Positions 1 to 12,448 of a stretch of 64,000 nt of DNA are shown piece after piece. The notes beneath the pieces are model-generated. The model was not told where the DNA came from and searched no databases. It saw only the letters and a program-made list of their open reading frames with translations. Every line of letters begins with the position of its first letter. Position 1 is the stretch's first letter. The DNA comes from Convolutriloba macropyga (Eukaryota), in contig NC_134470.1 of assembly GCF_964194025.1 (NCBI RefSeq), positions 53,010,001-53,074,000 on the forward strand. The letters run 5' to 3'. Both the position numbers and the translations under genes were made by a program.

Positions 1-1537
1 CCCAGACTGTTAACAAATCATGGCCTTACAAGGTAGCTGTTACTTTTAAAATCTCGATCTGGCAACGGGTTTCCGTCAGATGGAAATAGAATCAGAGGAT
101 CAACGACTTCAGAGGATCTAGAATCAGAGGATCATCAAAAACGAATACTGATGGGGCTTTGTAATGCACCTGTTGCTTTTCAAAGATTGATGGAATGGTG
201 TTATGAAGGTTAACACACAAAAAGTTACTGGCGTATACAGATGAAATAATTGTTTATGGATGATCGTTCGAGGAATACATGAAAAACCTAGCCATCACTG
301 CATGTAGAATAGAAGAGGCAAATCTGAAAAAAATGCCATAAAAATGCAAACTTTCTCAACATCATATCCCTTTCTTGGGTCTTATTAATTCCGAGGATGG
401 AATTCAAATCAATCCAGCTATTATAGCCGCTATAAACTCATAGCCAGTCCCTTAATCGGTGAAGCAGGTGCGTGCATTTTTAGGATTAACATAATTTTAC
501 ACGAACTTTATACCAAGTTTTGTATATTCTAATGAATAAAGAAAAACTATTTCATTACACGGAGGATTGCGATAAAGCAGTTTTTGCAAAATGCATTGCT
601 GAACTTTCCAATTGTTGGCTTTCTTACGGAGACTGATATTTTGTCCTTTGTACTGATACGTCTCTGTCAGAGAATTGGAACTGTTCTTTTTCAGAACCAA
701 GGCGGAAATCTAAAGTTTTTTGCTTATGCTTGTAAAACTTTACAGAAGGGTTGGCGTAGCTGTTCTGCAACAAAGCGGGAATCGTACGCAGTTATTTTTC
801 TTTTACTTTTGAGAGTATCTCATTGGTCAGAAGTTTGATATAATAACTGATCATCTGGCTCTAAATTGGTTATTTTCTTTCAATGGACCTGATGGCTTGG
901 TAGCCAGATGGATTGAGAAATAAAATTTGTTCATTTTTTGAAATTGTAAATCGACTGGGGACACTAATATCAGATGCAGATGCTTTATCGCGCAGAAATG
1001 ACAATTCATATTATATATCAGCAGTTAGATTAGAGCCCTCAACAGAGGTTGAGGTTCATTTTGCTAAAGCACAGACAGACGATTACGCCTTGGGAAAGGT
1101 TCGTATTTGCTTAGTCTCAGAATCGGCATTGGAGGTCAGAACTCTTTGGAGAGCCAATAGATTTTATAGGTTATTGGAATCAATTTGAGTCCCTAACTAT
1201 GATAGATGACTGTATTTACCACCAGATAGTTGACACTGACAGTTCAGTACAAGTTTATCAACATTGTGTGACAAGAATTGAAGTTTCAAAAATATCAACT
1301 TTACTTCATAATGACCCAGCAGCCGGTTATTTAGGTATCGCTAAAACCCTTCAACCCTTTCATTGGCCTAGTATCAAAGGAGATGTTGAGGTTTTGGTCT
1401 CTAGTTGCGATCAATGTTAGAAACGGAAGGGTGCAAAAAAACATCGAATGCCGATGTTAGATGTTAAAATGGCACGCCTCACAGCGGTTTTAGCATATAT
1501 CTTGTGAGATCTTTGGTCTGTTGGCAATTAATATATA

Positions 1538-1590
<53 letters not shown>

Positions 1591-2340
1591 CCATAAAAAT
1601 ATCCTCAAGGTCGGTGATAAATATTCTTGATGGTTCAAAACTTTAAAAAGATGTTTGGGGAATAGGACCGACTTACTCCACGCCCGATTATCCACAGGAT
1701 AACGCTAAAGTTGAGTCAATTAATAGAAAACTAGAGGACGGTTTGCAAAATATTATGAGGAAAATCAAACTCATTGTTCTGAGCTTTTGCCCGTTTTTCT
1801 GATGGCTTACATGTCAACCGTTCATGAACCAACTGGTCAAACACATTTTGGAGTAATTTGTGGGCAGGAATTGAGAATGCCTATTAGCTTTCTATATCCA
1901 ACCCATATATCGAAGTTCTTAAAATTTCCAGTCAGGAATCCAAGAGAGGTTGGTGCGTAGTTTGCAATTTTTTGCGTATGTACGCTCTAAATGTGCTCTG
2001 GAGCACCGTAGAGGAAAACTGATACTCGGCAAAAAAATTTACGGTCCCTCTTTTAAAGAACAAGACCTCGTGTTTGTACACTCACCTGTCGCAAAAACAG
2101 TTCAATCGACAAAACTGAAAAACCGTTGGACTGGTCCTTATGTCATCAAAGGAAAAGTTAAGGATGTTAATTTCAATGTGGAAAGTTTTAACAAAACTAA
2201 AGAAGCGTTGTGCATTATGATCGTTTTAAACATTATAAAAATAGTTTTAAGGGGAAAAATTTTTCGCTTACTATGAAAACGCCCTCGTATAAACTGGTTG
2301 AAATTTCTAAGAAGACAACCTAGCAACCTAGTGTAGAAAA
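1..2340 (+). pseudogene. pol: Degenerate Ty3/Gypsy pol (RT-RNase H-integrase), truncated by the window start
   Basis: Frameshifted motif remnants in Gypsy order: DLATGFRQME (RT motif A), MGLCNAPVAFQRLM (motif B), AYTDEIIVY (decayed YxDD), RNase H YACKTL, integrase HHCC (HNDPAAGYLG..HWPSIKGDV..CDQC) and C-terminal WTGPYVI. Confidence 0.9.
1543..1589. repeat. (TA)n microsatellite inside integrase remnant
   Basis: Direct TA run. Confidence 0.95.
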
Positions 2341-2464
2341 TGTTGAAATACAGTCAGATGATAATATTTCGTTTTTGAACCTGATTTGATGTCTAATCAA
2401 GTTCAAAAACCGCAGACAAGTAGTTCTAATAGATTTTTAAATCGTAGAAAGGCAACAGAAAGTG

Positions 2465-4100
2465 CAATGTCACCAGGGTCCTATTACTTGTCTTGATGCT
2501 TGATATCGAGTATATACATGTTCCTTGTGGGGAGACTTGCAATGTCTCTGTCAGCAACGGTAACAAGGGTTGGATACGACATCAAACAATTTTTGTTAAA
2601 AAGATATTCTCATTGATGCCAGGAATTCACCTAGTTTAACCTATGGTGGTTTAGTAATTAATGCCCCGGAGTTTGACATTGATTTGAGTTTCTGTATGTA
2701 CCGTGCATCGTATAATATCTGGAAAATTGCTCATTCAGCTAGATTAGATGATGCAACTTTGATTGCAGAAGAATCAAGATTGATTCTGACTTGATATCCA
2801 ACTGAAACTTGGACTTGTCGTGTCATTCTGATGAACCAGTAGTTTACACTACCAGGATCTTTGAATTCCAAATTTAAGTTGGAAAAAGAAATATTTATTG
2901 TTGAAGGTCGACAGCTGAAAGCTGGGGAGCAAAAATTTTTTCAATTTAATGCTAGATTCAACTGACGAAGCTTGAACGTTCGCTATCGATGGGGGGATGG
3001 TGTATAACGGAAAACACCTACGGGTTCAGTAGTATTTGGCTCGGTAGCAATTACCGGAGAAATAGTGATAGGAAAGTTGATTGCTTCCTCAGACAAAACA
3101 ACAACGCCATTGTCGCTTGTAATGAAGGATCGTATGGGTCAGAATACATCATGTATGTTTCCTGGCACAGATTTAATACACGATTCAGTGGCGTATCTAC
3201 CACCTTTTATGGGTAATGTGAACTGAAATCTTATTTCTTGTTTAATGAAGATTATACAGATGTCCTCATAAGATCTAGAGAAGCGGAATGCATTAGCGGC
3301 GAAACCACCGAGTGATCAAACTCCAGAGTGTTTTACGTAGAGGTACTCAACATTACCCTAACGGTGAAAACAACAATATACACGGGCGTGTATTTGGTAT
3401 TTGAACAAACCAAACAGAACCTTCCAACAGTAGATTTTAACGTTGATGAATATCGAAACCTGGTTTATGGAACTCATGTTTAATTTGCGCTTGTAAATGT
3501 TGAATTTTCGAGACAACGGATTGTCAGATTCATGAAACAGGAGATTTGTAAAACGAGACAAATAATCCTATTCTCATTAATAGCCCTCGCTTCTTATCTA
3601 GACAATCCCAATTTCTTTGGGACAGGTTCTAAGGTGAGATTTCATTCAGAAAAAGCTGGTGCAGTGTTATATGTACAAATATTTTCTCAAGTTGCAGTAA
3701 ATGTAGCTGACTTTCTTTATTGCACTGAGGAAGTACTTGTGATTATAGATATTTTAACCAAAATAAAATTCGTGAATCTCATCACTCAAAAAGTTTTTTC
3801 TAATTCTACACTAACATCTTGTGATCTGAGGGTGTTTTGTCATTTAGACTTTGCTGACAATCTGCCTTCCCTGCACACGGCGGGATTGTTTTCGTATGAA
3901 AATTTACAAAAAATGCAAGAGCACGCGTTTTGAGATTTTCAAGAAAGAAAATCGGTGGTGGAGAGCTATACCTAGATGCTGGTAACAAATATTCACATCC
4001 TGGCTTAAGTCATTTCAATCCCAACTTCAGAGCGGAATTGGTTGTCTTACCAACATGGAGATACTTAGAAGGTTTGGAAAACTTAGCTGGGCATGAGCTC
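2465..4100 (+). pseudogene. env: Degenerate env-like ORF, class III fusion glycoprotein-like (chuvirus G / herpes gB type), copy 1
   Basis: Lies after integrase; hydrophobic RVLLLVLML near the start; ORF 3532-3933 has ICKTRQIILFSLIALA, KAGAVLYVQ..V.V....CTEEVLV, FVNLITQKVFSNSTLTSCD and SLHTAGLFSYENLQKMQEH, which I recognise as the order and spacing of chuviral-G-type motifs. Confidence 0.65.
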
Positions 4101-4102
4101 CC

Positions 4103-4564
4103 TTAATTTGGGCGTGAGCTTCCTGTAGTCTAGAACTCGACTTCTGAAAAGACTTTAAAATTCTAGTGGGGGTCTTTACTGACTATAGATAAACGCTCCA
4201 GTATCACAGAGAATCAAAATTAATCCTTTAAATACTGTAAAAAGCAAACCTTTTCAATACCGTGAAGAGCGATGACAGAAAAAAGGCTGAGCCAATGAGA
4301 GCCAAATGAGGGTTTGACAAACGTCTGGAGTTTAAAAAGGCCGACAATCTTACTATATTAAGCAAATTGACGCATCAATTCAATAACTGGCTAATTTTTT
4401 CAATGTTCCCAAAATTCTTTGATATTCAGTGGAAATTCATTTTCTAAAACTTTTCCTACAGGAAAAAACAAAAGCTGACAATTCAAAAGAAAACAAACAT
4501 CATGAAATTGCCAGGGCTTTCAAAACTTACTTCTGAACAGTTGGACCAAAACTTGCCAAAAGAC
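4103..4564 (+). repeat. ~460-bp direct repeat A (partner 5181-5659; also present in copy 2)
   Basis: ttaatttgggcgtgagct...ggaccaaaacttgccaaaagac repeated about 1.08 kb downstream. Confidence 0.9.
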
Positions 4565-4762
4565 CAAAACTTGCCAAAAGTATATTGGAGGTTATTTTTT
4601 CTCCCTTAAAGTTGTATATGTAAAGTATAATGCGTGTTCATACCTCTTGTAAGGCTATAAAAACAAATGTCAAAGCGGAACGTCTACTACTTCGTTCACA
4701 TGTGGTTAATGAAACCGAATGTTTTATTCAGAAATATAACTACCATAGTTTTGTGTTTTCAG

Positions 4763-4938
4763 AAACGCAACGAAGTATGTCCTCGACTGCCTACAGAGTG
4801 GGTGACTGACATTGACATAGGAGTGAACAACCCTCAGCCTAAGGTCGTCAACCAACACAAGCTGTACAAAGAAACTGAACTCAAGTTGTTCAAACCTGTC
4901 GCCAAATCATTCACGGGTGGAGCAGCCCCTATCAATTT
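4763..4938 (+). CDS. Candidate host-gene exon of unknown product (duplicated at 9814-9989)
   Basis: Acceptor ttttgtgttttcag, donor gtaagc, open frame KRNEVCPRLPTEW...GGAAPIN, higher GC than the flanks. Confidence 0.4.
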
Positions 4939-5180
4939 GTAAGCATTAAGTTTCGATACTGTCTTGTAATTCATTTTTTGGAAGAAAAAAATGCTACAGA
5001 CCCCCTGAACCCTTTGTAATTTATCATCGCTATTCACGGTATATGCAATCAGAACTAATTAGTTGCTCTCAGTTGAGACTCTTTGCATATAACTCAGTCA
5101 TTGTGGTCTTTGCACCTTATTGAGTCGTTTTGTGGAGTTGATTTCATTTTCGAGTAACTTATTTCATCCCGCCTGACCTT

Positions 5181-5659
5181 TTAATTTGGGCGTGAGCTCC
5201 CTGTAGTCTAGAACTCGACTTCTGAAAAGACTTTAAAATTCTAGTGGGGGTCTTTACTGACTATAGATAAACGCTCCAGTATCACAGAGAATCAAAGTTA
5301 ATCCTTTAAATACTGTAAAAAGCAAACCTTTTCAATACCGTGAAGAGCGATGACAGAAAAAAGGCTGAGCCAATGAGAGCCAAATGAGGGTTTGACAAAC
5401 GTCTGGAGTTTAAAATGGCCGACAATCTTACTATATTAAGCAAATTGACGCATCAATTCAATAACTGGCTAATTTTTTCAATGTTCCCAAAATTCTTTGA
5501 TATTCAGTGGAAATTCATTTTTTAAAACCTTTCCAGGAAAAAACTTTTGTTCACAGGAAAAAACAAAAGCTGACAATTCAAAAGAAAACAAACATCATGA
5601 AATTGCCAGTGCCTTCAAAACTTATTTCTGAACAGTTGGACCAAAACTCGCCAAAAGAC
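5181..5659 (+). repeat. ~480-bp direct repeat A, second copy
   Basis: Matches 4103-4564 with a small insertion near 5535. Confidence 0.9.
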
Positions 5660-7395
5660 TCGAAATTATAGATTTTATTGAAGCTGCAATAATAATTTAA
5701 TTCAGATGGAAGAAAATATAAACAATTATTACAGAACATTAGTTCAATTCACCACTTGGGACACCATACAAGTTAAAAGACTCATCAAGAGGTGCCCCAA
5801 AAAATCTATCAAATGCATGTGCTAAAGTGTTTGCGCAGAAGTAAAGGATCTAAATTGCTTGTCTGTTGCACAGAAAAACTTAACCCCACGCCATTCAAAC
5901 TTGCAAAAAAGATTTCCTCGGCATAAAATTCTGGCAACAGATAATTTTAGCATTTATATAGCTGAATTTTGTACTTAAGTAAAGTTATCGACAGTTTGTT
6001 CATAGCCACAAAGCTGGGGCTATTATTGAATTGCTCTTGGTTTTTCTAATTTGAAAGAATTTGAATTGTATTGAGGCGCTGTATTTCTTACAACTCACAA
6101 CTTACAAGAGGAGTATTGGAGAAGTGTCTTTTTTAATCATTTGTTTGTTTGAACTTGAAGCAAGAAATTAAACGCGTGAAAAAATTTAGAGTGGTTTGTT
6201 GCGCTGAAAAAAACTGTCAAGTGGAGTGAAAAGAAAGTGTTTTTTTTTCAATTCGTTGTTCTCGTTAGAGCGAGAATTGGAGGTGTGAAAAAAAAAATTT
6301 GTGTAATCGAGGGAAAATTTTTGTTCACGTACGGCTTTTGAAAGCAATTTTTTGCAACTTTATAAGTTACGAGGCTTGTTTGGGATATTTCACTAATTGT
6401 TGACTGATTCGGATAAGGTTTTTAAAGTTTCTGGTAATTATTATGAGTTTTATGGGAATTTTGAGGTTTCTCATCTAATTTTCTGAATTTTAGGCTAATT
6501 ATAGCAATTTTTCGCCTATTATTTTCTTTTAGAGCTTTAAGTGGGATTTGATTAGACGAATATTACTCCAAAAGCTTTTAGATGTGAAGTGATAACATAT
6601 TTGTTGGTATTAAATGTTTTTTTACTTATGAAAAATGAGAAGCAATCGAGAAATTTTCTAATAATTTTTTAAATTTTTTTACACTTTTTTCTCTTACCTT
6701 AGACATAGTTCTTAGCCTATTATGACTTGCCTTTTCTACTGCGAGCATGTCAATACAATAAATTCTTCAATGAATATTTTTGGCTTCATATGCCCTTGTA
6801 ACGTTAAAAATTTCATTAACTGTTTTTGTTTTTTTTTAATCAAGTAGTTTTTAATTGCCTTTTGTATTCTTTTTCCATTTTTTATTGCATTTAGCGAGGT
6901 CTAATGTTCCATTTCCATATTCTATTCTTTTTGCTGCCTTCCGACTGAATTGATTTTAATTTTGATTTGTTTTTGGTAAAGATAATTGAGTAATTTCAGG
7001 CAATTTATGGCCGATTTTTGTCTATTTTTGAGTTTTTCCTTCCTCAGCTGCGTTTAATATCTCATCGAGGCTTTGTAAAAAAGTTTTTGCATATGTTCTA
7101 TTTGCAACGGAACGATTTTCAACATTTTAATGTCGAGAATTGTTGCTAGTTTTTGAAAAAAAACTTTATTTTTGAAGGCTTGTCTAAAATTTTTGTCATT
7201 TTTCGAATTTTTCCAACCTCAGGGGCCGGAAAAATTCCATTTTTGTTTGCTAATCTGTTTCTGCATATTTTTTTGGGCGATGAAGTTGTTTTCAACAATT
7301 TAATTTCACGAATTTTTGCAATTTTTCGATAAAATTTGAAATTTTTTTTAATGTTTCTTAGTTTTTTGGTCCAGTTTTTAGTTTTTCGAACTTTC

Positions 7396-10300
7396 GAAAT
7401 ACAGTCAGATGATAATATTTCGTTTTTGAACCTGATTTGATGTCTAATCAAGTTCAAAAACCGCAGACAAGTAGTTCTAATAGATTTTTAAATCGTAGAA
7501 AGGCAACAGAAAGTGCAATGTCACCAGGGTCCTATTACTTGTCTTGATGCTTGATATCGAGTATATACATGTTCCTTGTGGGGAGACTTGCAATGTCTCT
7601 GTCAGCAACGGTAACAAGGGTTGGATACGACATCAAACAATTTTTGTTAAAAAGATATTCTCATTGATGCCAGGAATTCACCTAGTTTAACCTATGGTGG
7701 TTTAGTAATTAATGCCCCGGAGTTTGACATTGATTTGAGTTTTTGTATGTACCGTGCATCGTATAATATCTGGAAAATTGCTCATTCAGCTAGATTAGAT
7801 GATGCAACTTTGATTGCAGAAGAATCAAGGTTGATTCTGACTTGATATCCAACTGAAACTTGGACTTGTCGTGTCATTCTGATGAACCAGTAGTTTACAC
7901 TACCAGGATCTTTGAATTCCAAATTTAAGTTGGAAAAAGAAATATTTATTGTTGAAGGTCGACAGCTGAAAGCTGGGGAGCAAAAATTTTTTCAATTTAA
8001 TGCTAGATTCAACTGACGAAGCTTGAACGTTCGCTATCGATGGGGGGATGGTGTATAACGGAAAACACCTACGGGTTCAGTAGTATTTGGCTCGGTAGCA
8101 ATTACCGGAGAAATAGTGATAGGAAAGTTGATTGCTTCCTCAGACAAAACAACAACGCCATTGTCGCTTGTAATGAAGGATCGTATGGGTCAGAATACAT
8201 CATGTATGTTTCCTGGCACAGATTTAATACACGATTCAGTGGCGTATCTACCACCTTTTATGGGTAATGTGAACTGAAATCTTATTTCTTGTTTAATGAA
8301 GATTATACAGATGTCCTCATAAGATCTAGAGAAGCGGAATGCATTAGCGGCGAAACCACCGAGTGATCAAACTCCAGAGTGTTTTACGTAGAGGTACTCA
8401 ACATTACCCTAACGGTGAAAACAACAATATACACGGGCGTGTATTTGGTATTTGAACAAACCAAACAGAACCTTCCAACAGTAGATTTTAACGTTGATGA
8501 ACATCGAAATCTGGTTTATGGAACTCATGTTTAATTTGCGCTTGTAAATGTTGAATTTTCGAGACAACGGATTGTCAGATTCATGAAACAGGAGATTTGT
8601 AAAACGAGACAAATAATCCTATTCTCATTAATAGCCCTCGCTTCTTATCTAGACAATCCCAATTTCTTTGGGACAGGTTCTAAGGTGAGATTTCATTCAG
8701 AAAAAGCTGGTGCAGTGTTATATGTACAAATATTTTCTCAAGTTGCAGTAAATGTAGCTGACTTTCTTTATTGCACTGAGGAAGTACTTGTGATTATAGA
8801 TATTTTAACCAAAATAAAATTCGTGAATCTCATCACTCAAAAAGCTTTTTCTAATTCTACACTAACATCTTGTGATCTGAGGGTGTTTTGTCATTTAGAC
8901 TTTGCTGACAATCTGCCTTCCCTGCACACGGCGGGATTGTTTTCGTATGAAAATTTACAAAAAATGCAAGAGCACGCGTTTTGAGATTTTCAAGAAAGAA
9001 AATCGGTGGTGGAGAGCTATACCTAGATGCTGGTAACAAATATTCACATCCTGGCTTAAGTCATTTCAATCCCAACTTCAGAGCGGAATTGGTTGTCTTA
9101 CCAACATGGAGATGCTTAGAAGGTTTGGAAAACTTAGCTGGGCATGAGCTCCCTTAATTTGGGCGTGAGCTCCCTGTAGTCTAGAACTCGACTTCTGAAA
9201 AGACTTTAAAATTCTAGTGGGGGTCTTTACTGACTATAGATAAACGCTCCAGTATCACAGAGAATCAAAATTAATCCTTTAAATACTGTAAAAAGCAAAC
9301 CTTTTCAATACCGTGAAGAGCGATGACAGAAAAAAGGCTGAGCCAATGAGAGCCAAATGAGGGTTGGACAAACGTCTGGAGTTTAAAAAGGCCGACAATC
9401 TTACTATATTAAGCAAATTGACGCATCAATTCAATAACTGGCTAATTTTTTCAATGTTCCCAAAATTCTTTGATATTCAGTGGAAATTCATTTTCTAAAA
9501 CTTTTCCTACAGGAAAAAACAAAAGCTGACAATTCAAAAGAAAACAAACATCATGAAATTGCCAGGGCTTTCAAAACTTACTTCTGAACAGTTGGACCAA
9601 AACTTGCCAAAAGACCAAAACTTGCCAAAAGTATATTGAAGGTTATTTTTTCACCCTTAAAGTTGTATATGTAAAGTATAATGCGTGTTCATACCTCTTG
9701 TAAGGCTATAAAAACAAATGTCAAAGCGGAACGTCTACTACTTCGTTCACATGTGGTTAATGAAACCGAATGTTTTATTCAGAAATATAACTACCATAGT
9801 TTTGTGTTTTCAGAAACGCAACGAAGTATGTCCTCGACTGCCTACAGAGTGGGTGACTGACATTGACATAGGAGTGAACAACCCTCAGCCTAAGGTCGTC
9901 AACCAACACAAGCTGTACAAAGAAACTGAACTCAAGTTGTTCAAACCTGTCGCCAAATCATTCACGGGTGGAGCAGCCCCTATCAATTTGTAAGCATTAA
10001 GTTTCGATACTGTCTTGTAATTCATTTTTTGGAAGAAAAAAATGCTACAGACCCCCTGAACCCTTTGTAATTTATCATCGCTATTCACGGTATATGCAAT
10101 CAGAACTAATTAGTTGCTCTCAGTTGAGACTCTTTGCATATAACTCAGTCATTGTGGTCTTTGCACCTTATTGAGTCGTTTTGTGGAGTTGATTTCATTT
10201 TCGAGTAACTTATTTCATCCCGCCTGACCTTTTAATTTGGGCGTGAGCTCCCTGTAGTCTAGAACTCGACTTCTGAAAAGACTTTAAAATTCTAGTGGGG

Positions 10301-12448
10301 GTCTTTACTGACTATAGATAAACGCTCCAGTATCACAGAGAATCAAAGTTAATCCTTTAAATACTGTAAAAAGCAAACCTTTTCAATACCGTGAAGAGCG
10401 ATGACAGAAAAAAGGCTGAGCCAATGAGAGCCAAATGAGGGTTTGACAAACGTCTGGAGTTTAAAATGGCCGACAATCTTACTATATTAAGCAAATTGAC
10501 GCATCAATTCAATAACTGGCTAATTTTTTCAATGTTCCCAAAATTCTTTGATATTCAGTGGAAATTCATTTTTTAAAACCTTTCCAGGAAAAAACTTTTG
10601 TTCACAGGAAAAAACAAAAGCTGACAATTCAAAAGAAAACAAACATCATGAAATTGCCAGTGCCTTCAAAACTTATTTCTGAACAGTTGGACCAAAACTC
10701 GCCAAAAGACTCGAAATTATAGATTTTATTGAAGCTGCAATAATAATTTAATTCAGATGGAAGAAAATATAAACAATTATTACAGAACATTAGTTCAATT
10801 CACCACTTGGGACACCATACAAGTTAAAAGACTCATCAAGAGGTGCCCCAAAAAATCTATCAAATGCATGTGCTAAAGTGTTTGCGCAGAAGTAAAGGAT
10901 CTAAATTGCTTGTCTGTTGCACAGAAAAACTTAACCCCACGCCATTCAAACTTGCAAAAAAGATTTCCTCGGCATAAAATTCTGGCAACAGATAATTTTA
11001 GCATTTATATAGCTGAATTTTGTACTTTAGTAAAGTTATCGACAGTTTGTTCATAGCCACAAAGCTGGGGCTATTATTGAATTGCTCTTGGTTTTTCTAA
11101 TTTGAAAGAATTTGAATTGTATTGAGGCGCTGTATTTCTTACAACTCACAACTTACAAGAGGAGTATTGGAGAAGTGTCTTTTTTAATCATTTGTTTGTT
11201 TGAACTTGAAGCAAGAAATTAAACGCGTGAAAAAATTTAGAGTGGTTTGTTGCGCTGAAAAAAACTGTCAAGTGGAGTGAAAAGAAAGTGTTTTTTTTTT
11301 TCAATTCGTTGTTCTCGTTAGAGCGAGAATTGGAGGTGTGAAAAAAAAAATTTGTGTAATCGAGGGAAAATTTTTGTTCACGTACGGCTTTTGAAAGCAA
11401 TTTTTTGCAACTTTATAAGTTACGAGGCTTGTTTGGGATATTTCACTAATTGTTGACTGATTCGGATAAGGTTTTTAAAGTTTCTGGTAATTATTATGAG
11501 TTTTATGGGAATTTTGAGGTTTCTCATCTAATTTTCTGAATTTTAGGCTAATTATAGCAATTTTTCGCCTATTATTTTCTTTTAGAGCTTTAAGTGGGAT
11601 TTGATTAGACGAATATTACTCCAAAAGCTTTTAGATGTGAAGTGATAACATATTTGTTGGTATTAAATGTTTTTTTACTTATGAAAAATGAGAAGCAATC
11701 GAGAAATTTTCTAATAATTTTTTAAATTTTTTTACACTTTTTTCTCCTACCTTAGACATAGTTCTTAGCCTATTATGACTTGCCTTTTCTACTGCGAGCA
11801 TGTCAATACAATAAATTCTTCAATGAATATTTTTGGCTTCATATGCCCTTGTAACGTTAAAAATTTCATTAACTGTTTTTGTTTTTTGTTTAATCAAGTA
11901 GTTTTTAATTGCCTTTTGTATTCTTTTTCCATTTTTTATTGCATTTAGCGAGGTCTAATGTTCCATTTCCATATTCTATTCTTTTTGCTGCCTTCCGACT
12001 GAATTGATTTTAATTTTGATTTGTTTTTGGTAAAGATAATTGAGTAATTTCAGGCAATTTATGGCCGATTTTTGTCTATTTTTGAGTTTTTCCTTCCTCA
12101 GCTGCGTTTAATATCTCATCGAGGCTTTGTAAAAAAGTTTTTGCATATGTTCTATTTGCAACGGAACGATTTTCAACATTTTAATGTCGAGAATTGTTGC
12201 TAGTTTTTGAAAAAAAACTTTATTTTTGAAGGCTTGTCTAAAATTTTTGTCATTTTTCGAATTTTTCCAACCTCAGGGGCCGGAAAAATTCCATTTTTGT
12301 TTGCTAATCTGTTTCTGCATATTTTTTTGGGCGATGAAGTTGTTTTCAACAATTTAATTTCACGAATTTTTGCAATTTTTCGATAAAATTTGAAATTTTT
12401 TTTAATGTTTCTTAGTTTTTTGGTCCAGTTTTTAGTTTTTCGAACTTT
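7396..12448 (+). repeat. 5,051-bp tandem duplication, copy 2
   Basis: Near-identical to 2345-7395; ends at ...tttttcgaacttt. Confidence 0.97.
7516..9151 (+). pseudogene. env: Degenerate env-like ORF, copy 2
   Basis: Duplicate of 2465-4100. Confidence 0.65.

Larger units (their letters stand above)
2345..7395 (+). repeat. 5,051-bp tandem duplication, copy 1
   Basis: gaaatacagtcagatg at 2345 and 7396; ORFs recur at +5051 (2989/8040, 3532/8583, 4667/9718); only scattered SNPs. Confidence 0.97.

Noticed and set aside
4103-5659. TRIM or LTR pair
   Set aside because: No TG..CA ends, PBS, PPT or TSD
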